Shown: positions 26,745 through 38,298 of the stretch, piece after piece
Position numbering within the stretch: position 1 is the first letter of the stretch
Layout: each line of letters opens with the position of its first letter
Assembly: GCA_951406725.2 (NCBI GenBank)
Contig: OX597821.1
Span: 107,384,001-107,448,000 of the forward strand
DNA length: 64,000 bases
Direction: 5' to 3'
From: Octopus vulgaris
Lineage: Eukaryota
Program-made: the position numbers and the translations under genes
Notes under the pieces: generated by a model
What the model was told of the DNA's origin: nothing
Seen by the model: the letters and a program-made list of their open reading frames with translations, nothing else
Databases searched by the model: none

Positions 26745-26940
26745 TCCCCCACCACCATCGCTTGACAACCGATATTGGTGTGTTTATGTTTCCGTAACGT
26801 AGCGGTTCGGCAAAATAGGTCGATAGACTAAGTCCTATGCTAAGAAAAAATAAGTCCTGGGGTCGATTTGTTCAACTAAAGGCGGTGTTCTAGCATGGCC
26901 GCAGTCAAATGACTGAAACAAGTAAAAGAGTAAAAGAATA
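26745..26940 (+). mobile_element. SINE family A, 3' half
   Basis: catcgcttgacaaccgat...gcatggccgcagtcaaatgactgaaacaagtaaaagag. Confidence 0.85.
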
Positions 26941-27454
26941 TGTATGCATGGGATTCAGGCCTCTTTTCCTTATCTCCTCAAAGACATACATCACCTCGAA
27001 AGAGTCCAGAAGCTGGCTACCCGCATGGTTCTTGGTCTCAAGCATTTGTCTTATGAAGAATGGCTGAAGACGCTCGACCTTTATTCTCTAGAAAAACGAC
27101 GACGCCGTGGTGATCTCATTCTTGCTCACAACATCATAAGCGGAAAGTGTAACCTCTCGAAAGAGCTGTTCTTCACTCCTGCTCCAGAGCATCGGCTGCG
27201 GGGTCACTCCGAAAAGCTCTATCTGCGACGATTTCATCTCAATCGAAGGAGAGGGGCTTTCTCCGTCCGGGTTGCGGATCCGTGGAATAAGCTGCCGGAC
27301 GAGATAGTGAAGATGCCGACGACCACTCGGTTCAAAGTCTCCCTTGACCAGAAATGGCCTGAACTCTTTGCATGAACACCCTCCCTGTACATAACTCCAT
27401 GTCCCCCTACATGGCCTTGCTTTTTGCCTTTTGAGCCAAAAAATTAACTTAACT

Positions 27455-27456
<2 letters not shown>
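26941..27456 (+). mobile_element. CR1/L2-group LINE 3' fragment
   Basis: PYLLKDIHHLERVQKLATRMV..LSYEEWLKTLDLYSLEKRRRRGDLI..RLRGH..FSVRVADPWNKLP; short repeat tail aacttaactt. Confidence 0.9.
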
Positions 27457-27503
<47 letters not shown>

Positions 27504-27556
27504 ATATATATATATATATATTCAGGGATGGCCATAAGACGCTTTATTCAGTTCTA

Positions 27557-28115
27557 ATAACAACGAGAGCACTCAGAGCGCGCAAACCTCCGCCAAGGCA
27601 ACACCAACGATTAGTCCGAGATTATTTTTAAAATGAGAATATGTGAAATAAACTCGACTGCTATCACAAACGATAATGCTAATAATGAACCCGACCGCTC
27701 TCAAAACTTAAGTAAAAAAAAAATAATAATAATAATCCAGAATCCTTCTCCGGTACAGCGTCGATCCCAAAATGTAATCAGTTCGTGCCAGTCACAAGGC
27801 CTAACACCCCCGAAAGTTTCATCCGAATCCACCAAGCGGTTCTTGAGATATCATGTCCACGGACGAACAAACAAGCAAACAAACCTCGTGACTGGCACGA
27901 GCTGATTAGGTTTGGGGATCAATCCGGTACCGAACAAGGATTCTGGATTATTTTCCGGTGTTTTTAGTTAATTTTTGAGAGCGGTCTTGTTCAGGTTTTA
28001 GCAGTCGAGTTTATTTCAGATATTCTCCTTTTAAAAATCATCTCTGGCTAATTGTTGAGAGGATGTTGGTGTTGCCTTGGCAGAGGTTTACCATCTCTGA
28101 GTGTTCTTGTTATTA
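27557..28115. mobile_element. Non-autonomous fold-back element, class uncertain
   Basis: Termini aacaacgagagcactcagagcgcgcaaacctccgccaaggcaacaccaac / gttggtgttgccttggcagaggtttaccatctctgagtgttcttgtt; imperfect arms extend ~230 bp. Confidence 0.75.
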
Positions 28116-28507
28116 TTGTTATTGTTATTATTATTATTATTATTATTATCATTATTATCGTCGTCGTCGTCGTCATTTAAGTTTATTTATTCTTTGTTAG
28201 TGTATTTTTAATAATGTATTTGTTTCGTCATATTAGCCCTGTTTTCTAAATAGACAATAAATAGACAATATTCAGTATCAAAATCGATTTTGATAATCTA
28301 TTTGTATAAAGCTTATTTATTGCTGTGTTTCTCCTTTGCTTAACTTTTATTCGTTTTCCTTTTCTGTTTTTTGTTTGCCTACAATCTGATTTCACAACAT
28401 CTAATCTGTCTACCGATATTCGCTTATTATATCGATACATATCAATTTAGTAAACATTCACCTGTTTTACTACTAAACTTAATTACTATTGAATAGTAAC
28501 GAATTCG

Positions 28508-28888
28508 TGGCACTCCGTCGGTTGAGACGGCGAGTGTTCCAGTTGACCCGATCAACGGAACAGCCAGCTCGTGAAATTAACGTGCAAGTGGCTGAGTACT
28601 CCACAGACGCGTGTACCCTTAACGTAGTTCTCGGGAAGATTCAGCGTGACACAGAGTGTGACAAGGCTGGCGCTTTGAAATACAGGTACAACAGAAACAG
28701 GAAGAAAGAGTGAGAGAAAGTTGTGGCGAAAGAGTACAACAGGGTTCGCCACCACCTCCTGCCGGAGCCTCGTGGAACTTTAGGTGTTTTGCTCATTAAA
28801 CACTCACAACGCCCTGTCTGGGAATCGAAACCGCGACCCTACGACCGCGAGTCCGCTGCCCTAACCACTGAGCCATTGCGCCTCCACA
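28508..28888 (-). mobile_element. tRNA-headed SINE family D, apparently full length
   Basis: Revcomp starts gtggaggcgcaatggctcagtggttagggcagcggactcgcggtcgtagggtcgcggtttcgattccc (A and B boxes) and ends ccgacggagtgccac. Confidence 0.88.
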
Positions 28889-28967
28889 CTAACGAATATA
28901 CTAATGAAACATAGAAAATTGCGATTGTTTTCTATTCATCGGCGCATGCGTGGCTGTGCGCTAAGAT

Positions 28968-29172
28968 TTGCTGGCAGAATCGTTAGCACTCGAGAGAAAA
29001 TGCTCAGTCCATTTCGTCCGTCTGTACATTCTGAGTTCAAATTCCACTGAGCTCCACTTAGCTTTTCATTCTTTAGGAGTCGATAAAATAAGTATCAGTT
29101 GAACACTGGGGTCAATGTAACTGACGTAACATCTTAACGGAGACTGCTGGCCTTGTGCCAAAATTTGAAATT
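28968..29172 (+). mobile_element. SINE family B
   Basis: gctggcagaatcgttagcac...ttctgagttcaaattcc...gtcgataaaataagta. Confidence 0.8.
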
Positions 29173-29343
29173 AGTATTACGCTCTGTACAGATATATTCG
29201 TTCCTACAAGAAGCCGGAACGGAGGATGCCAGATAATATGTATTTCCCCATCAGAATTTACTTATATGATACTCTAAGATAGAAATATATCTAATTCTAG
29301 CAATTGGCTATTGGTACCGCTATGGCTAAACTGAATGATATAT

Positions 29344-29379
<36 letters not shown>

Positions 29380-29381
<2 letters not shown>

Positions 29382-29544
29382 CGTAGGAGTGGCTGTGTGG
29401 TAAGTAGCTTGCTTACCAACCACATGGTTCCGGGTTCAGTCCCATTGCGTGACACCTTGGGCAAGTGTCTTGTACTATAGCCTCGGGCTGACCAAAGCCT
29501 CATGAGTGGAACTGGTAGACGGAAACTGAAAGAAGCCAGTCGTA

Positions 29545-29576
<32 letters not shown>

Positions 29577-29577
29577 G

Positions 29578-29613
<36 letters not shown>

Positions 29614-29827
29614 GTGCGTTTGTCCCCCCCCCCAACATCGCTTGACAACAGATACTGGTGTGTTTACGTCCCCGTAACTTAGCGGTTCGGCAAAAGAGAC
29701 CGATAGAATAAGTACTAGGCTTACAAAGAATAAGTACTGGGGTCGATTTTGCTCGACTAAAGGCGATGCTCCAGCATGGCCACAGTAAAAAAAACTGAAA
29801 CAAGTAAAAGAGTAAAGAGTAAAAGAG
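29380..29827 (+). mobile_element. SINE family A, full length
   Basis: Complete head, internal (TA)n, 3' half and (gtaaaaga) tail repeats. Confidence 0.92.
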
Positions 29828-29829
29828 TA

Positions 29830-29872
<43 letters not shown>

Positions 29873-29894
29873 GTGTGTGCGCGCGTGTGTCTGT

Positions 29895-29951
<57 letters not shown>

Positions 29952-29982
29952 CGTGCGTGTGTGTGTGCGCGCGTGTGTCTGT

Positions 29983-30028
<46 letters not shown>

Positions 30029-30319
30029 GTGTGTGCGCGCGTGTGTCTGTGTGTATGTGTGTATGTGTATGAACGTGTGTATGTGTGTCTTTATTCAGCT
30101 CTGCTTCACGATTTCTTGCTAATAAAGATAGAACCGGTTTCTAACCATAATGCAAGTCTCCTTCATCCGAATTTCTGCAACATCAGCAGGGTATTTTTGT
30201 ATGAATGTATGTATGTGTCTCTTCTATTTATTAATTATTATAAATCTTCCACTGAGAAGGGTGTCGGTTTCCAACAAAGATAAAAGGCTCCGTCTTTGGG
30301 ATGTAATTATCACAGACAA

Positions 30320-30600
30320 ATTCACATTTGGAACTTGAGAAAAGTCTTGCATATTTGTACTGTTCCACTTACAGATTGCACTTGTAATTTACGAATTAGC
30401 CGGTGGATTTCTCTTTCTAAAAATCTCAGTTTATCCAGATTCTCCTTTAAGCACTTACTAACAAAACCTAGTGCTCCAATTATTACTGGTATGAATATGA
30501 ATTCATAGTATGGATATAGAAGCTGGAGATTCGAAGCAGCTGTCCATAGATGTCCTCTTTTTCTTTGAGTTTCAAAGAGAGATTTATATCTTCAGAGCAG
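30320..30600 (-). pseudogene. R4/Dong-like endonuclease C-terminal fragment
   Basis: EDINLSLKLKEKEDIYGQL / FIPVIIGALGFVSKCLKENL..SVSGTVQICKTFLKF. Confidence 0.7.
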
Positions 30601-30746
30601 CTGACCTCTATACATACATGTACACACATACACGCATCCACATGTGTGAAAATATTAGTATGTATGTATATATACGTACAGATTTGTATGTCTTGTTTTG
30701 TATATGTATGCATGATTTATGTATGTATGTATTTGTATGTATGTAT

Positions 30747-30981
30747 AAATCTTTAGTGAGATTTTCAAAGTTTTCTTCGCACAATTTCTCTTCACAGTAG
30801 TTCCAGATGTCTGAAAATAAGTGATTGCAAAGGAACTTGCACATAAAACGTCGCCGTGTGTTCAAATGTGCTTTCACGCATGGCAAGAGTGCTCATATCT
30901 TTTAAATCACACGGTATGAACGTATGCATACATACATACATACATATGTTTACACACATGTACGTATCTACGTAGTAAATA

Positions 30982-31017
<36 letters not shown>

Positions 31018-31600
31018 TGTATGTATGCATGCATGTATGTATGTATGTATGTATGTATGTATGTATGTATGTATATATGTATGTGTTTATGTATATATGT
31101 ATGTATGTAATTGTATGTATGTCTAAATCCTTAGATTTTCAAAGTTTTCTTCGATTAATTTCTCTATAGGTTTTCTCAGTAGTTCCAGACGTTTGGATAT
31201 CTGTGATTGCAAAGGAATTTGTGCATAAACGGCGACGTATGTCCGAATGTGCTTTCATGCATGGCAAGAGTGCTCATACCCTTTAAATCACCTGGTATGA
31301 ACATATACATACATATATACATGCATACATACACATGTTTACACAATTGTAGTATCTACGTAGTAAATATATGTGTGTGTCTGTCTGTCTGTCTGTATGT
31401 ATGTCTTTATCCTTAGTTGGATTTTCGAAGTTTTCTTTGCACAACTTCTCTATAGGTCTTCACAATAGTTCCAGACATTTCTAAATATATGATTGCAAAG
31501 CAATGTGTGCATAAACGTCGGGGTATTTTCGAATGTACTTTCACGCATGGCAAGAGTGCATACACCTTTTAAGTCATCTGGCGTGAACGAATGCATGTAT
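30747..31600. repeat. Three diverged tandem copies of a ~175-bp unit separated by TATG/CATA tracts
   Basis: Units start at ~30747, ~31125 and ~31407 and share gattttc.aagtttt, tagttccaga, tgattgcaaag and gcatggcaagagtgc. Confidence 0.85.
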
Positions 31601-32254
31601 CTACATACACGCCCACACACCATACATACATACATACATACATTTACACATATGTACATACCTACGTATATGTGTGTAGATATATGTATGTAGATATATA
31701 TAAGAATGTGTGCTCCTACACATATATTTGCCATATAATTTCTCTTCCCAAATGGAATTTTATAGTTTATTTGGACTGACAACTTGTTTGATGGCAAGGC
31801 TGCAAAGAAAAGATATTTTTCTTTTAAGTACGTTTCCGTTCTTTTTCGTCATCCTTTCCACAACCATTTTACCATATACGCATATATGTGCGTGCGTATA
31901 TCTGCATGCAATTAACCCTTTATAACATGTATATATGCTTATGTAGGAATCCATGTATGTGAACTAACTCCCCAACACTTCATAGATTATTGCTAAATAA
32001 TTATATATTCATTCTATAATAAGACACTTCTTCTCCAAAGAAGACAGTGAGAGAACAAATTGGCAGCTCTCTTTCTCAAAGCGAACAGCTCGCCATCTTT
32101 AAAATGAGAGTCACGCGTTTCTAAACCAATTCTATTGGCAGTATGCCTACAGCTGTGATGGCAGCAGTGCTCGGCCACTAATCGATCATATAGTCGATCG
32201 GTTTCCTCTATGTCGCAGAGCCAATCAAGCAGAAGAGTACAAATAGGTTTTCTT

Positions 32255-32787
32255 TTATTCTTTTATTCCTTTACTTGTTTAGTCATTTGACTGCGGCCAC
32301 GCTGGAGCACCGCCTTTAGTCGAGAAAATCGACCTCCAGGACTATATATATATATTCATATATATTTTTCTTTACTACCCACAAGGGGCTAAACACAGAG
32401 GGGACAAACAATGACAGACAAACGGATTAAGTCGATTATATTGACCCCAGTGCGTAACTGGTACTTAATTTATCGACCCTGAAAGGATGAAAGGCAAAGT
32501 CGACCTCGGCGAAATTTGAACCTAGAACGTAACGGCAGACGAAATATGGCTGCGCATTTCGCCCAGCGTGCTAACGTTTCTGCCAGCTCACCGCCTAAAA
32601 AATATATATATAAATATATATACGATGGGCTTCTTTCAATTTCCGTCTACCAAATTCACTTACAAGGCTTTGGTCGAACCCGAGGTTATAGTAGAAGACA
32701 CTTGCTCAAGTTGCCACGCAATAGGACTGAACCCTTAATCATGTGGTTGGTAAGCAAGCTACTTACCGCACAGCCACTCCTACGCCT
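32255..32787 (-). mobile_element. SINE family A fragments with a nested family B SINE (32368-32596)
   Basis: Family A 3' end at 32255-32342 and head at 32622-32787; family B lies between them, in the TA-rich tract. Confidence 0.85.
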
Positions 32788-33155
32788 GGTTTAAAATTAT
32801 TTCTATATATTTCAATTGCTTATTTTACAATGAAAGACATAAATCATACGATGTAAATTATAACATGTTTTTGCTTGCTTTTGATTTTTTTTTTTTTTTT
32901 AATTTTACCTATTTGTTATTTTTAATGATTTTCTTTTTTATTAGCGTGATTTTAGGTTGCTTTTTGTGAGAGATTTTTTTCATGACTTGTCTTTCTCATG
33001 CCTGTTATATCATAGTTAATGTTTAATCACGAACTTTTCCTGACCCTCTTCTAGAATCTAGAAGGCACCCCACATTTATATACCGTGGCTGACACCGCAT
33101 GCTATTGTCTCCCCTTCTTCTCTCTCTCCCTCTGTCCTCTCATATGTATATATGC

Positions 33156-33204
<49 letters not shown>

Positions 33205-33234
33205 TGTATATATATATATATATATATATACATA

Positions 33235-33503
33235 TCTTAAAATTAATATAGGGTAGGAAAAATTACAGAAATTTTTTTCTACCAGTGGCAAGGTATGTAT
33301 ACAAAGTTAGTAGACATATTTTTCATATGAAAATTAATGTACATTTATACACAAAGAGGCAAGCCTTAACAGGTAAATGTTTTTATTTTTCATTCCCTTC
33401 GAAATTGCTCTGAACTATGGTTTGGACCTTTTGACTGTTCTTTCTAGTATGTTAGACAACCTGTTAAAGCTTGCCTCTTTGTGTATAAATGTACACTAAT
33501 TTA
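33235..33503. repeat. TA-flanked insert with 44-bp internal inverted repeat
   Basis: aattaatgtacatttatacacaaagaggcaagccttaacaggt vs acctgttaaagcttgcctctttgtgtataaatgtacactaatt. Confidence 0.75.
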
Positions 33504-33515
33504 TATATATATATG

Positions 33516-33560
<45 letters not shown>

Positions 33561-33819
33561 CATATATATATATATATATATAAAACATATATATATATAC
33601 ATATACATACATATACATACATATAAATATATATAAATATATATATATATACATATTGTTATATATTACACATATATATATATGTATACACATACATATT
33701 GAAATATATTACAAATATATATGCATATATATTTTTCGAGATCAGTGACTTTTCGTCACTGGAAAATGGATATATGTATTTGCATTGGGAACCACTTCAC
33801 ATCGCCAACCGGTGTTTGT

Positions 33820-33864
33820 CACACGCTGATGACAGGTCAATACCGAGAAACCCGGGTCCGTCTG
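33820..33864 (+). ncRNA. Minimal type-I hammerhead-like motif with canonical core, in a TA-flanked insert ~33737-34075
   Basis: cacacg-CUGAUGA-ca-ggt-caat-acc-ga-GAAA-cccggg-UC-cgtctg; palindromic ACCCGGGU, GUC site. Confidence 0.65.
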
Positions 33865-34082
33865 TATCGCGTCAGCCTGGAGATGAGAAGGATGGCTTCC
33901 CTTTGCAAATACTAATAGGGCACAGAATGCGTGTCAATAGCTAGCTGAAGGAGATGTTTTCCTAGGGCTACAAGCTACACTGGCATCCACCCTTAAGAGT
34001 TAGGCGCATTTAAGTGGAAAATGTACTCCACGATGTCGTGCAGCTACTGGTTATACCTCGCTCAGAGATTTATAATTTAGAT

Positions 34083-34115
<33 letters not shown>

Positions 34116-34117
34116 CA

Positions 34118-34196
<79 letters not shown>

Positions 34197-34561
34197 ACAT
34201 ACATGTGTGTGTATATATGTATATACACAGTCCAAGAAAAACTAAAATGTCAGATTCCCAACTCCGTCCTAACTCAAAGTACTTCTCCCGAACTTATTTA
34301 GTCAATGTTATCATTTATTTATTCTTGAATACAATTTCCAAGTAATTAATAAATCATACGTCGAATACTGTTTTAGTTTATAAACACTGATTCTAATAGT
34401 TTTTTGACTTCATTCATCATTCTGTCTTTTAAGACTCATCCTGTCTCTCTGGGGACCAAAACGAGCCAAGGTTTTATTAACCATTCTGACTCAGCTTCCC
34501 ATTTTAGTGTCATCCATAGATCGAGTCTTTAGTTGCTTTTCCCACACTTTCTCGTTATATA

Positions 34562-34790
34562 TTTCTTTGCTACCCACAAGGGGCTAAACACAGAGAGAAC
34601 AAAACAAGGACAGACAAACGGATTAAGTCGATTATATCGACCCCAGTGCGTAACTGGTACTTAATCTATCGACCGCGAAAGGATGAAAGGTAAAGTCGAC
34701 CTCGGCGGAATTTGAACTCAGAACGTAACGGCAGATGAAATACCGCTAATCATTTCTCCCGGCGTGCTAACGTTTCTGCCTCTTCGCCGC
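34562..34790 (-). mobile_element. SINE family B, near full length
   Basis: Matches 32368-32596, including the tail cccacaaggggctaaacacagag. Confidence 0.88.
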
Positions 34791-35036
34791 AAGTCTGGTT
34801 CTGTAGTTAGAAGCTTGCTTTCCAATCGCATGGTTCTGTTCAACTGCGTGGCATCTTGGGCAAGTGTCTTTTGCTATAACCTCGAGCATTGTGAGTGGAT
34901 TTGGTTGATGGAAACTGTAAGGTGGTTTGAGTTTGAGTACCACCATCATTATGGCAAAATTTCATGCAATATCTCTGCTCTACGAGTTCGGTGAAAATGA
35001 AAACAGATAAGCGTGTCCTACATGTCTGTACTCTAG

Positions 35037-35105
<69 letters not shown>

Positions 35106-35174
35106 CCTACATATATTTGGTGAAATTTTTAGAAAAATAAAGATGAAGACAGGTGTAGGAACAACATGCAAATG

Positions 35175-35595
35175 CAGTCGAGAGCTCCGCATACCAGAAG
35201 CCAGCAAGTGTATGGGGTCATCAGGAGAGAATGTGCGCCGTTTCGGGGCCTACCTCTCGACGGCATCAATGCGCACCCGATTCGCTCGCTGATATGAGGC
35301 CCTGCTTGCTAGATCAACTGGTTATCAAATAAAGCTCAATATTCTTCTAACCATCGCCCATCGTCTCTTTTTAGCCAAATCCAGTGGCTAGTCTTTTCGA
35401 CTGTAGTTTGGATACCGGTCATGGTGGTATTTACTTTACGATGATTTTGGCCTAACGATAACAACAGTCGTCTCACACTGTGTCCAACAAACCCTCGATT
35501 GGAAAAATGCTCCGCTTCCCAGCCTGCATCTACACATTCCTGAAGGAGGTTTACACAACCGTTAGTGTTTCTAGTCTGAGCGGCGTCCATATGAT
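35175..35595 (-). mobile_element. HERO-like (R2 group) non-LTR retrotransposon 3' fragment
   Basis: C-terminus ECVDAGWEAEHF(deletion)RGFVGHS...VEKTSHWIWLKR resembles the GW..EVGCRGF..W(I/L)W.KR ending of HERO ORFs; followed by a structured GC-rich UTR. Confidence 0.7.
35210..35276 (-). ncRNA. Permuted (pseudoknotted) hammerhead-like motif
   Basis: Minus strand gtgc..gccg-UC-gagag-gtaggcccc-GAAA-cggc-gcac-att-ctctc-CUGAUGA-ccccatac: stems I and III are perfect but interleaved. Confidence 0.6.
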
Positions 35596-36778
35596 CAGAT
35601 GAATGAGGTTTTTTTTTGGTATAGGCTTTATAAGAAATGTCCGTTTATAGTACTCTTATAGCTATTTTTTTCTTTCGTTTCTCTAGGAATTCTCTTTCAA
35701 TCTTTTCCAACTACGACATCCCTGGCGAAATTTAAATTGTTGTTATTGCTGTTATTCTACTTCTTCTTCTTTTCCCCTTCCTCCTCCTTCTTTTACTTTT
35801 TCTTCTCCTCCTCTTCCTTTTACTTCTCATCCTTGACTTCCTCCTCCTCCTCCTTTTTTCTTCTTCTTATCGTCGTTTTTTTCTACATCAACGCTGAACG
35901 AGCAACCCTAAAATCGTGAATAAACATGTTCCGCATCCCCTCCACGTTTCATACAACGATTTTTGCGGACCTATAATCTACTACATCCTCTAATTCTATT
36001 TAGATAAGAAAGTTCCCATTTGTACAGTGTTCGGCCACTATTTCTATTAGGTCAAGCGGCTACACAGACAATCACTCATCGGTAACAATTATAATTAAGT
36101 TTACAAGATTCTTTGTACATCATCTAATTGTGTATCTTTCCGTTTCTATCGTCGCTTACTTAATTGAAAGACACATTGTATATACGTCTACATTTACTTC
36201 GTAAATACATCTATATTACATATAATAGTATATAAACGACTACATTACACTACCCAATATGTTCTCTGTCTCGCTGTTTGTTTGTTTTTTATTTGTCTTT
36301 TATGTTTTACCTGGTCAGAAGTACAAGTATAGAGTAAATTATCTAATCAGATTTACATGTTCCATCGTGTTTTTTTTCTCTCCCAAATTGTTTATTTCCT
36401 CTCTTCTCTCGTCACTTATTCAATTGAAGGAGATAAAGAAAGTGGTTCGTAGACATTTTCAGCAATTTAATTCAGAAACACAAATGTTTTATATTTTTAT
36501 AGATTCGTTCTTTTATGAGTTAACTAAATATATTGACACAATGCCAATTGCTTCGGTGCTTCTTTCTTTTCCTTATTTTTTCTTCTTTATAATAAAAGGA
36601 TTTAGAAAATGGAATCTATTCCAGAATACAAGTCGTTTAGTATATTGAACATCGATATATGTACAGTAAAGCCAACGACACACGCCAATCTCCGAAAGCA
36701 CAGTCTGCAAGAAATAGCAGCCAAATCTCTATCCATTTTTTCAGTAAGATATATTCTGTAGTTATAAGTAAATGCATG

Positions 36779-36837
<59 letters not shown>

Positions 36838-36839
<2 letters not shown>

Positions 36840-37192
36840 CGTAGGATATGTGTTAGTGTAGGAGTGGCTGTGTGGTAAGTAGCTTGCACATGGTTCCGGG
36901 TTCAGTCCCACTGCGTGGCACCTTGGGCAAGTGTCTTGTACTATAGCCTCAGGCTAACCATGGCCTTGTGAGTGGATTTGGTAGACAGAGGCTGAAAGAA
37001 GCCCGTCGTATATATATATTTATACGTATATATATGTGTGTGTGTGTATGTTTGTGTGTGTGTGCGACGGGCTTCTTTCCGTTTCCGTCAACTAAAATCT
37101 CTCACAAGGATTTAGTCAGCCCAAGGGGCCACGCAGTGGGACTGAACTCGGAACCTTGTAGTTGGAAAGCAAAACGTGTTACTACACGGCCT
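36838..37192. mobile_element. Two convergent SINE family A 5' halves (36838-37060 +; 37066-37192 -)
   Basis: Family A head sequence on both strands, meeting in a TA/TG tract. Confidence 0.8.
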
Positions 37193-37747
37193 CTCCTCTC
37201 TCTGTCTCTCTCTGCCTCTGTACCCTAATATATATATTGATATAATATAACATAATATAATATAATATAATATAATATATTAAGACACACACACATATAT
37301 TCTTATATATATAACAAGGGCTCCATGAAGTACCAGTTTTTGCAAAAGATAGGAGTCAAAAATACTCCGAAGCCACAAGAATTAACACTTGGTTTTCACA
37401 TATGGTTGGAAAAAAAAACTACAAGAAGGAATGCTAGTTATCTTAGTATCATGATTTCGAATTTGGCGCCTAAAGCACTTGATTCTCTTCAGGCACGTCT
37501 ACCCATAACAAACCTATATATCACATCGACAAATGCGTGTGTTCGTTTCGGTGCCCAAACCGCATTGAAAAAAACCAAGTGAGCATTTTTGATTCCTACT
37601 TTTAGCAAACTTGGTGCTTTGTAGCGCATTCGTTATACATAATTATTATACATATGCATTAATTTTGTGTCTATACGGTTTTAAGCTTGAGGCCATTAAC
37701 ATTATTATCTCTCGGGTGTATTAATTTTCTTTACGTATATATATATA

Positions 37748-37900
37748 GGTGTGAAAAATTGAATTTTACTTTGATTAATATCAATTTAAAACCAGTGGTC
37801 TAGCATACAGAAAAGTCTGATGATTCAGAAAAATATAGTTCTAAGACCATAGGGGGTTGACTTCTAGCATATGGATATCCACGTACATACCTCTTATACG
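37748..37900. repeat. Rearranged/deleted copy of the 2396-2678 repeat
   Basis: aaaaccagtggtctagcata matches revcomp of ~2600-2625; taagaccat..acttctagcata matches ~2505-2535. Confidence 0.7.
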
Positions 37901-37943
37901 TATATATATATATATATATATAAAAGCTCAGTGGTAATATATA

Positions 37944-37949
<6 letters not shown>

Positions 37950-37979
<30 letters not shown>

Positions 37980-38298
37980 TGTATGTATGTATGTATGTAT
38001 GTATGTATGTATGTATGTATGTATGTACGTACATACATACATACATACATACATGCATACATACATACATACATACATACATACATACATGGATACATAC
38101 ATACATACATACATACATACATGGATACATACATACATACATGGATACATACATACATACATACATACATACATACATACATGGATACATACATACAGCA
38201 TACATACATACATACATACATACATACATACATGGATACATACATACATACAGCATACATACATACATACATACATACATACATACATACATACATAC
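37950..38298. repeat. (TATG)n abutting (CATA)n microsatellite
   Basis: Direct observation. Confidence 0.95.

Noticed and set aside
28810-28888. tRNA gene candidates at SINE heads
   Set aside because: A/B boxes are present, but each continues into SINE body sequence without a complete cloverleaf.
30747-31600. CRISPR-like repeat-spacer appearance
   Set aside because: Repeats are long and diverged, the spacers are microsatellites, and the context is eukaryotic with no cas genes.
37815-37840. CTGATGA-ttca-GAAA
   Set aside because: No stem I or III, and the related copy near 2585-2605 lacks the core.
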